DNA of 36,982 nucleotides. It comes from a virus (taxonomy: Duplodnaviria > Caudoviricetes). The notes beneath the pieces are model-generated. The model was not told where the DNA came from. It did no database searches and worked only from the letters and a program-made list of their open reading frames with translations. The translations under genes were made by a program, and so were the position numbers. Of the stretch, positions 16,180 to 24,800 are shown piece by piece. Location of the stretch: positions 1 to 36,982 of IMG/VR virus record IMGVR_UViG_3300034349_000076. One strand, written 5' to 3'. Within the stretch, counting starts at the first letter, position 1. Each line of letters starts with the position of its first letter.

Positions 16180-16760
16180 ACACACCCTTCTGGGATACCA
16201 CACGTCCGCATATTGTACTAGACTGGGAGACACTAGCACTATGCCCACAAGCAAAGGTGATTGCGCTAGGGATGGCAGAGGTGTGGCTGGACAAGGAAGG
16301 CGTCGCAGGGAGCGAATGGTTGATCACACGAAGGCACCAGAACTACAGAGACGCGCACATCAATACAATAGCATGGTGGGAACAACCTGCACAGAAGCAA
16401 GCTTATGACTACATACGGCTCTGTGCCAACAAATATGAACTGAAGGACGCACTGCACGGGCTATACGTACTCCTTGCTGAGCCTGCATATGCAAACGGAT
16501 ACTACCTTTGGGGCAATGGTGCAGACTTCGACCTTGCTATCCTTTGGCACGCACTAGATGACGCTAGACTACAGCTCCCTAATTGGAACTACAGTCGTGC
16601 ACGTTGCTTACGCACACTACGTGCAATGTATCCACAAGTAAGCAAGCCAGCCTTCAAAGGGATCGAGCACACAGCAATGGCGGATGCGTGCAATGAAGCG
16701 CAACATCTACAAGCTATTTATAACTACGCAACACTAGAGCACAGAGCTAAGCAAGCATGA
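16176..16760 (+). CDS. DEDDh 3'-5' exonuclease (Rv2179c/DUF5051-like)
   Basis: IVLDWETL (ExoI), WGNGADFD (ExoII), RCLRTL, HTAMADA (ExoIII). Confidence 0.9.
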   Translation: MNTPFWDTTRPHIVLDWETLALCPQAKVIALGMAEVWLDKEGVAGSEWLITRRHQNYRDAHINTIAWWEQPAQKQAYDYIRLCANKYELKDALHGLYVLLAEPAYANGYYLWGNGADFDLAILWHALDDARLQLPNWNYSRARCLRTLRAMYPQVSKPAFKGIEHTAMADACNEAQHLQAIYNYATLEHRAKQA

Positions 16761-17149
16761 ACAACGATCCAGCCCTGCAACTAGCCTTGCCACCGGAACT
16801 ACAGCGCGTCTTAGCTCAATGTCAGTCAGACCCTGTACATGTTGCAAGGGACACCACACGCGCAAGCACACCAACAAGCGAGGAAGCTCTCAGCATAGTA
16901 TACTTGCAAGTGCTTCCTGTAATGGCAGCACTCATGGCAGAGGTAGACATACCTTGGATGGACCATGTGTTCGAGGCTACGGTAGACCTAGAGCACATTG
17001 TCATGCCTCGTCCAATGTATGTGCAATATCGAAGCACACTGCTAGCAGCTGGCTTTAAGCTCATGCCAGACCAACGGCAATTCGCATGTGCTGATGGGCT
17101 AGAAGAAGCATTGCGAGCTGGTGCACAGATAGGGAAGAAATGGGAATGA
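16757..17149 (+). CDS. Hypothetical protein (130 aa)
   Basis: ATGA-coupled ORF in operon. Confidence 0.65.
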   Translation: MNNDPALQLALPPELQRVLAQCQSDPVHVARDTTRASTPTSEEALSIVYLQVLPVMAALMAEVDIPWMDHVFEATVDLEHIVMPRPMYVQYRSTLLAAGFKLMPDQRQFACADGLEEALRAGAQIGKKWE

Positions 17150-17153
17150 GCCG

Positions 17154-17411
17154 ATGACTATCCATGCACAACTGCCAACTGGAGCACAACACATGACAGA
17201 GCCACGCGCAATCCTTTGTATGCCACACGATATAGAGGCCAAGATAGCAATAGCAATCAAGGACCGGTTACAAAGCTATCTACATAATGGCATCACTGCG
17301 GATATCAAATATGACAAACACCTGCATGACTATGAGCGAAATACTGGGCTAAACTATATAGAGCATTTATGTAGCTTGCTTGAAGCAGGCAAACTTCCCG
17401 GCGTCAATTGA
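17154..17411 (+). CDS. Hypothetical protein (up to 85 aa; start may be 17193)
   Basis: Fills operon; GGAG precedes the second ATG. Confidence 0.55.
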   Translation: MTIHAQLPTGAQHMTEPRAILCMPHDIEAKIAIAIKDRLQSYLHNGITADIKYDKHLHDYERNTGLNYIEHLCSLLEAGKLPGVN

Positions 17412-17469
17412 GCTAAGCTAGCGCAGCAATCCAGGGCCAAGGAAGGTCCGCTTACACAGAGTGTGTTTC

Positions 17470-19935
17470 ATGATCACAACAACAGACATAGCCGCTAGAG
17501 TCAAGCGCGAGTTACAAGAACACAAAGCCGATGGCAAGGCTATTCGCCGTGTGCTATTCGTATGTAGCGAACAAGAGCGTCAAGCAACCAACGTGCTAAA
17601 GAAGTGGTGTGTAGCCAACAAGGTGCTAGGTACATTTGCCTTCGGACCTAGGACTCCAGCTGCACTGGCTAAGCTAGCCAACTGTGGACGCTATGACATG
17701 CTATGTGTCACAAGTGAAGAAACATTCAAAGGGCTAGGACCTTACTATCAGGAAGGAAGCAAGGATGCTTGGCGAGGCTCTGTATTACCTGCACGCAGCA
17801 CACCAAGCGGAATACAGATACCCACGCTGCTAGTGCACAGTCTCATTGACAAGCAAGGACGGCAGAAGGAATACACTATGCCTGACTTCACATGGCTGCT
17901 TGCAAAGGATCTCAGCAAGATCAATACATACAAGGGACAATACAACTACCGATACATTGAAGTTAATGGAGCTGACGATCAGTGGAAGTTAGAGGAGATG
18001 ATAGCGCATGGCAAGCAAGCATTCATTATCACTTGTGACATTGAAACAAACCTTAACAACTTCATCACTAGCATAGCCTTTACTTGCGTGCATAAGCACA
18101 GCGAAGGAAAGTATTTCATAGGACGAACCTATGTTGTAGATTGGGGAAGTAATTTCACGGAAGCCTATCTAGCTTGTGCGTATATGTTAGGCCAGACGGA
18201 AGCGCACAAGTGCTTTCACAATGGATGCTTCGACATGACGCTACTCATGCGACACAGGATAGGCGTACTTAACTGGGATCTCGACACAGAATACATGTGG
18301 CATAGCTGGGAAGCTGAAGCCAAGAAAAGCCTAGCTTTCGTATCCAGTCTAGCTTTGCCTGATTACATCTATTGGAAAACTGAAGGTGAGACAGACCCGC
18401 TAGGATACAATGCAAAGGACAGCATCAATACTGCACGCTCCTTGCTTTGGCTATTCAAGGAGATGCCAGACTGGGCTTGGCGAAACTACGCACAAATGGT
18501 ACCGCTATTCTTGCCCACCGTCATGTGCAACCTTGAAGGCTTTGCCACAGATACAGAGCGGCTAAGCGCAGCTAAGACAGTCGCAGAGGAAGTGCGTAAG
18601 CGGACCGAAGCGGAAGTGAAGGTGATGCTTGGCGTGCCTACGCTGAACTTAGCTTCACCTAAGCAACTAAGCCACCTGCTCTACCGTGTGCTAGGTCCAG
18701 TGTTTGGTTGGAGCAAACCTATCACAGCCGCTAGCAAGAAAGTGAAGGAAGCAACAGGCAAGAGCAGTGCAGGAACAGACAAGATAAGCTTACAGCAGCT
18801 ACAACTCAAGCATCCCATACCAGCACGTGTCATTACAAGTCTACTATCAATGAGGGCAATGGCAAAGAGCATAAGCAATTACTATAACGCACCGCTCTAT
18901 GGGGAGAGCAAACGCCTATACTATACGCTACAGATTGATGGCACAAAGACAGGACGCTACTCATGCAATGCATCTTCCTTTCGATTCATTAAGCATCTAG
19001 GCAAGGGTGGGCAGCTCATATCCGGCGGAATCAAACAGTATGGTACGCAGATACAGAATGCACCACCATACTATAAGACAGCCCTATGCGCAGATCCAGG
19101 CTACCTTATCTGGAACATAGACAAGAGCAAGAGTGAAGCACACTGTGTTGCACTCATCAGTGGAGACAAGAAGTTCACGCAAGCTATACAAGACACCAGC
19201 AGGGACTTCTATCTCAAGCTAGCTGAATGGTTCTTTGGTATGTGCACAGAGGATAAGGAAGACCCAATCAGGCAGGTGACAAAGAAGGTCAATCATGCTA
19301 CCTCATACTGCATGGGATGGGAAGTATTTCTGGACCAGGTAGGTATAACAAAGCTATACGAGTTCATGCGACTAGCACAATGGACAGGACCTAAGCAACC
19401 CAAGATATTCATCACGCATCTTATTGATGGCTGTTTCCATGCTACCTTTCCTGGTATTAAGCAATGGTGGAAACGTACTACAAAGGAACTTGTAGATAGC
19501 GCAGGCTACCTGCGCACACCAGATGGTGCAGTGCGCCACTTCTTCAAGTATCCTAGGCAATACAGCGGACTCAGTCCTGCTGCTGTAGCACATCAGCCAC
19601 AACGCCTCAGTGTTGTCACACTCAATCGCAATATGGCACAAGTCTTTTATGAAGTGCAGATACCTAGCAAGTTCAGCCTCAGACTGAAAGGACAAGTGCA
19701 TGATTCGCTTGTTGGCCAAGTGCAAGAAGGGCACGAGCACTTAGTGCAACAAGTAAAGGAGATCATGGAACGCCCATATGAAACAGAGCTTGGTCCGCTT
19801 GCCATCCCTTGCGATCTGGACAAGCTTCAATTCCACTGGAAGGAACCTAAGGAGAAGAAACAGCTAGTGCAAATGGAGGATATACTAGATAGCGAAGAGC
19901 AAGCAGCAACAGCCAACATAGCAGAGCACGCATAA
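17470..19935 (+). CDS. Family A DNA polymerase with 3'-5' exonuclease and degenerate UDG-like N-terminal domain
   Basis: Exo motifs CDIET, HNGCFD, YNAKD; NLASPKQL; TGRYSC; motif A IDKSKSE; motif B RQVTKKVNHATSY; motif C QVHDS. Confidence 0.95.
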   Translation: MITTTDIAARVKRELQEHKADGKAIRRVLFVCSEQERQATNVLKKWCVANKVLGTFAFGPRTPAALAKLANCGRYDMLCVTSEETFKGLGPYYQEGSKDAWRGSVLPARSTPSGIQIPTLLVHSLIDKQGRQKEYTMPDFTWLLAKDLSKINTYKGQYNYRYIEVNGADDQWKLEEMIAHGKQAFIITCDIETNLNNFITSIAFTCVHKHSEGKYFIGRTYVVDWGSNFTEAYLACAYMLGQTEAHKCFHNGCFDMTLLMRHRIGVLNWDLDTEYMWHSWEAEAKKSLAFVSSLALPDYIYWKTEGETDPLGYNAKDSINTARSLLWLFKEMPDWAWRNYAQMVPLFLPTVMCNLEGFATDTERLSAAKTVAEEVRKRTEAEVKVMLGVPTLNLASPKQLSHLLYRVLGPVFGWSKPITAASKKVKEATGKSSAGTDKISLQQLQLKHPIPARVITSLLSMRAMAKSISNYYNAPLYGESKRLYYTLQIDGTKTGRYSCNASSFRFIKHLGKGGQLISGGIKQYGTQIQNAPPYYKTALCADPGYLIWNIDKSKSEAHCVALISGDKKFTQAIQDTSRDFYLKLAEWFFGMCTEDKEDPIRQVTKKVNHATSYCMGWEVFLDQVGITKLYEFMRLAQWTGPKQPKIFITHLIDGCFHATFPGIKQWWKRTTKELVDSAGYLRTPDGAVRHFFKYPRQYSGLSPAAVAHQPQRLSVVTLNRNMAQVFYEVQIPSKFSLRLKGQVHDSLVGQVQEGHEHLVQQVKEIMERPYETELGPLAIPCDLDKLQFHWKEPKEKKQLVQMEDILDSEEQAATANIAEHA

Positions 19936-19949
19936 GCATCGCACAACAT

Positions 19950-21215
19950 ATGAAATTCTCCACACGCTTTATTGAGATGCTAGGTGAGCAAGAAGCACCA
20001 GCATCTTATCTTCGCTGGTCTATCATCTCAGCATACGGTGCAGCACTAGCGCGTAACGCATACTCACCATTTGGGTATGACAGAATCTATCCTAATCAGT
20101 ACATCATTCTGATGGGTGTGTCTGGAGCAAGAAAGAATACCGGGCCTAGAATAGTTGAAAAGCTATTGAAGCAATCAGGTTACGTTAACTTCGCACCAAA
20201 CAAAGGGCGTAAGGAAGCACTATGGACACGCTTAGTGCGTTATGGGCGCAATGACTATGGAATGAATGCTGTACCAGGTGAGCTTGATGTGGAAGAAATG
20301 GACCTTGATGAAGTACTAGGTGAAGACAACAAACCAAAGGTAGCACACATGTACATCCTAGCGCCAGAATGGATTAGCTTTGTTGGGTATGATAATGAGC
20401 TTGTAGTGAACCTTACAGACCTATGGGATAACAAAGATGACTGGGATTATGAGCGTACTACAAAAGAGAACTTGCTTATCCATGCTCCTACACTCAACAT
20501 GCTTGGCGGTGCAACTCCTACATCCTTTGCAGAAGTAGTGCCACCTACAGCCATAGGCGGAGGATTCATGCGAAGACTCCTTCTTATACATGGCGAGCAA
20601 TGCAAGAAAATAGACGAACCAAGCATACCCAACATAACCACATGGGAATACTTCATACATGAACTACAAGCACTGCAAGCTATGAGAGACAGAGAAGTCA
20701 CACTCACTACAGAAAGTAGGGCCGCATTGAAGACTATCTATCATATGGATACGCACATTGCAGATGGACGCTTTGACTCCTATACTGGAGTACGCCATAC
20801 CCATTTGCGCAAGCTGTGCCTTATCTCAGCCTGTGCTAGAGACTCCTCCACGATCTCGGTTGATGATGTAGTGGAAAGCAACACAATACTTACACGTGCA
20901 GAGATAGGAATGCCCCATGCACTTGGCCACTTTGGCATAGCAGCAGGAGCACAAGCAACCAACATAGTACTAGACAGCATACGACGTGCACAGAAAGCTC
21001 CTAACTTGCGTGAGCTATACAAGAAGCTAGGTGCAGATGTAGGCACACTAGAGAAGCTTAAAGACCATCTTGCATTGCTACGGGATACAGGCAAGATAGA
21101 TGTGATGAAGAGCGCAACAGGCAACAGATACATGCCGGTTACGGAGCTAAGCGATGAGATGATGAACAGCCCCTTCTTCGACCAAACCATCCTTACCGCA
21201 GAGGAGAAAGTGTGA
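19950..21215 (+). CDS. DUF3987 (YfjI-like) AAA+ protein, putative replicative helicase, possible C-terminal winged helix
   Basis: IYPNQYIILMGVSGARKNT (variant Walker A), LTDLWD, LNMLGGATP, GFMRRLL (Arg finger). Confidence 0.8.
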   Translation: MKFSTRFIEMLGEQEAPASYLRWSIISAYGAALARNAYSPFGYDRIYPNQYIILMGVSGARKNTGPRIVEKLLKQSGYVNFAPNKGRKEALWTRLVRYGRNDYGMNAVPGELDVEEMDLDEVLGEDNKPKVAHMYILAPEWISFVGYDNELVVNLTDLWDNKDDWDYERTTKENLLIHAPTLNMLGGATPTSFAEVVPPTAIGGGFMRRLLLIHGEQCKKIDEPSIPNITTWEYFIHELQALQAMRDREVTLTTESRAALKTIYHMDTHIADGRFDSYTGVRHTHLRKLCLISACARDSSTISVDDVVESNTILTRAEIGMPHALGHFGIAAGAQATNIVLDSIRRAQKAPNLRELYKKLGADVGTLEKLKDHLALLRDTGKIDVMKSATGNRYMPVTELSDEMMNSPFFDQTILTAEEKV

Positions 21216-21718
21216 TGAAAGCGATAACAGATATTCAATGGGTTGAATTGCACATACGTGATTTACAGGCTAAACCTAGTATGTTAAGTATAGCCGAAGT
21301 AGAAGCTTTACATAGATTGAAAGCCGTACATCAGACACTAATGCAACAAAAAGAAACTAACATGCCTTACCAAGCCAAGCCTACTTCCCCAGCATATGAT
21401 CACTGGAAATGGCAACAAGAGATAGCAGACATACGTGCAAGCATAGAGCGCATACGCCATATGGGAGGGCCTGCGTCCCCACCTATAGTTCAGCCAGCTT
21501 TAGCAAACTTACCTAGCCCTTCGGAGATGAGCAATGCACTGCTTTGGGTACGTGCACACATCTCTAATACTGAAACTAGACTAGAAACAGAATGCACAGA
21601 TCAAACGAAGAATGATGCTATATTAATGGATATGTACGAACATGATTTAATACAGCTTCATACTATTGAGAAGGTACTGCAAGCCTGCATTGCGCAGACA
21701 CAAAAAAGCCCTGACTAG
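21212..21718 (+). CDS. Hypothetical protein (168 aa)
   Basis: GAGGAG upstream, overlaps the previous stop; last gene of the rightward block. Confidence 0.6.
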   Translation: MMKAITDIQWVELHIRDLQAKPSMLSIAEVEALHRLKAVHQTLMQQKETNMPYQAKPTSPAYDHWKWQQEIADIRASIERIRHMGGPASPPIVQPALANLPSPSEMSNALLWVRAHISNTETRLETECTDQTKNDAILMDMYEHDLIQLHTIEKVLQACIAQTQKSPD

Positions 21719-21725
21719 CAGGGCT
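21702..21725 (-). terminator. Rho-independent terminator (distal) of the virion operon
   Basis: Minus strand GCCCTG-CTAGT-CAGGGC followed by T6. Confidence 0.8.
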
Positions 21726-21772
21726 GCAAAGAGAGCTACGGACTCTCACGCCACATCTTAGCGACGCAAACT

Positions 21773-21805
21773 AAAAAGCCTCACTAAGCAAGCACTTAGT
21801 GAGGT
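21773..21805 (-). terminator. Rho-independent terminator (proximal) of the virion operon
   Basis: Minus strand CCTCACTAAG-TGCTTG-CTTAGTGAGG then CTTTTT, about 50 nt after the 1776-aa gene stop. Confidence 0.85.
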
Positions 21806-21856
21806 TAAGCAGGGCTAAGATGCCCCAATCATGGCAAGGGAAACAGACTTAGGAAA

Positions 21857-24800
21857 TCAGAAAGCGTAGCCCTCCATGATTGCGGCTATCCCAGGTTGCT
21901 TAGACACTTCGTCTAACAAAGCACTGGCTCCAGGCGCACTCTCTGTAATGCTTACCTCATTAAGCGCCCTTCTCCACCCTGCCGGTGTTCCGCCTGCTTG
22001 CAAGTACCTACCCATTGTTCCGCTAATCCCTGCTTGCTGTCCACTACGAACCTGCGTACGCAGCGTACTAATAAGCTGCTTATTCTTTCTGCTATCTGCT
22101 GTGTCATACAGCCTGTGCCGGAAATTCTGATTGCGTATGACTTGCTCTTCTAGCGGTCTAGCACTTAGTATGCGAGCAAAGGCTGGCCAAGGACCACGAA
22201 CATCCTCACCGGAAGCAATCGTCTGTCCCTTAGCGTCGAGTGAATGTCCTATCGCAAGCTCTGTGAGCCTGGCAGCAGGACGCCAGATGAATTGAGTAGC
22301 GACACCTTCCGCAGTAGCAGTGGCTACGTCCTTAAACTTGCTTCCCACCCCTCCCTGCCCCACTTGTGCATTGGACGCCCATAACGATGCAGTCTTCTGT
22401 GCGATACCAGTAACGGTGTCCAGTGCATTGCCAGCCATTGCTATCGCAGGCGGGACTGGTAAGCCACCTGCATTTGTAGGTAAACGAGGTTGAAGCTCGC
22501 CGCGAGTGTAGAATGCTGTCTGCAATAGAGTGGAAGGTAATCCGTAGAGCATGTACTCCGCTGCAGAGCGCGAGTGTCCACCTGCTTTGTCACCGAAGGC
22601 TTGATAGATAGTGGAAGTGATGTCTTGATCATCAGGAGACTTACTCCACTGCCCTATAGCTTGATCTACGGTAGCATATGCGGGAAGCGAGTTGAGGCCA
22701 AAAAGTCCAGTGTAGCCACCAAGCATACCTGCGATAGCATTCATCTGTTTGTTCTCTGCGTAGCGAAACAGATTCTGCCCCATCGTCCACATGAAAGTCT
22801 GAAATAGCCCGATAGCCTGTCCGCTTGCACCTTGGAAGAAGACCGATCGTTGGCGAGCAGCATAGTTGCCCATCGCTCGGTTAGTAAAGAGGGCTGCGTG
22901 CGAATGCAGGAAGGCTTCATCTGCATTAGGACTGGTCTGCTTAGCTAGCTTGTAGCCCATTAGGTAGGCCGCTTCACGTGTAGCATGTTCGGAAGTGTCA
23001 GACGCTTTGCATAGCCATTCAAAGGCTTTGGATGCTTCTATCTCTTGCCACTTAGAGACAGAACCAAAGCCAGAGGACAGCACACGCGTAGCTTCGGAGA
23101 CTCGCAATGCAGTGTGGCCTAAACGCGCACCTTCAGCTAGCACAGCAGCAGCCTCAGGTGCAGCCTGTGCATTCACAGCTTGCCTTATCCAATCTCTGCC
23201 TGTCTCATATACTAGCTTCATTGCACCCAGATGGCTCATGCCATTCTGTCCTACACCTTCTGCTGTCATTACAAGTGGTGCAGTGAGTGTAGTAACGATA
23301 GGATGTGAGAAGTCAAACAAGCGCAAGGCAAGGGTGGCAACGATAGAATTGCTCTGCGCTACAAGAGACTTAGCTTGCTCTCCTAATTCTGGAGACCTAG
23401 AAGCTGCGAACTGAATAGCATCTTGCCAAGGCACAGGAACACCAGCACGCTGAAGCTCGTCTTGCATATGCTGGAAAGCAGCGGGACTATAGTCTCCGCG
23501 TGCAGCAAACTTCTGATAGCTTTGGTATCCTCTCTGTAATCCTTGTGCAGCCTTGTCTACCGCATAGGAGAACACATCATCAGCAGCAGCAAGTGCTTTG
23601 TTCGAGCCAAGCTGGGACAGATTGAGTAGCGCAGCCTTAGCTTGTGTAGCAGGCGATACCTTCTCTTGCATAGACAGGAGCTTGCTTCCACTAGGTCCGG
23701 CTTTCCGAGCAGTGGTATGCTGAGCTTCAATCAAGTCAAGCTTAGTGAAGATATCCTCATTTGCAGTGCGTAAGTACTGGCGACCAAGCGAGTTATATTG
23801 TGCTTCGAAGTCCTTGATTGTTTCGTTGACAGCCTGTGGTGTGCCCCGTACCTTTGTCTGTGCAATGCCAGACCTGCGCATTGTAGGCAGCGCAGTGGTG
23901 ACTCCTTCAAGCTCAGCTAAGTTACGGATACGCAACCAAGCTCCCAGCTCTGCATCATTGCGCATATGGAGAGTTAGGTCACCACTAGCAAGCGCAGCAG
24001 AATTAGCTTGTCTGAAAGCTGCAACCTCAGCTGTGAAAGACTCCATGTCCCTGCCAATGATGCGCTGGACCTTCATCTCTGCTTTGTTCCAGATGAAAGC
24101 CTGCATAGAATGGTCTAAGCTAGGTGCAGGAAGCCACAGGTTACGCCTATCGGAAGTAAGTGCACGTCCTTTAATCTGTGCTATGGTCTCACGCATAGCC
24201 CACAACTCCTTAGCCGCTGTCTCTGTACGCTCCATGAAGGTACGCACAGACTGTGAGACTTGGATATCACCACCTTGCGGATACTGCAAGAACTCTGCTT
24301 GCTGTGTGACTACACCAACCTTATCGCGCACTTCATTGCGCAACAGGATCTTGTTGTCCTGTGTGAATACCAAGCCAGCAGAGCGATCGAAAGCATTCGA
24401 ATCTAGCCCTGCCAACTGATTCTTCACATACTCGAATTGCGTAGCTGATACCTTGTCGTCTGCTACAGCACGTGCAGCAGGTCCAACATGTGCAGAGAAG
24501 CGTGTGATAGCATTATTGGTGTACTCTTGTAGCTGGCTACCTGCACCAGTAAGATGGGCAGACAGCACACCAAAGCGACGCAAGGCAAAGTCAGCAGAGG
24601 TGAGTACGCTACCTGCACCTGCATCAGCCGCAAGCTCAGCTAGATTGTTTCGCACACCCTGCATAGTGGAGGAGCGCACCAGATTCTCATGCAAGTCGCG
24701 CATGTATTGGTTGGCTGGATCTTGCGTGCGCAGTATGGTAGCCTGGTCGATGATGTCAGCAGCCATACGCTCCATGCCTTGCTGATCTAGCTTAGCTGCA

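Noticed and set aside
16176-19935. 2-aminoadenine or other base-modification system
   Set aside because: No purZ, dATPase, methyltransferase or hydroxymethylase recognised; polymerase oddities alone are insufficient
21212-21718. Internal duplication in the 168-aa protein (WVELHI/WVRAHI, QAKP twice)
   Set aside because: Similarity too short to distinguish from chance
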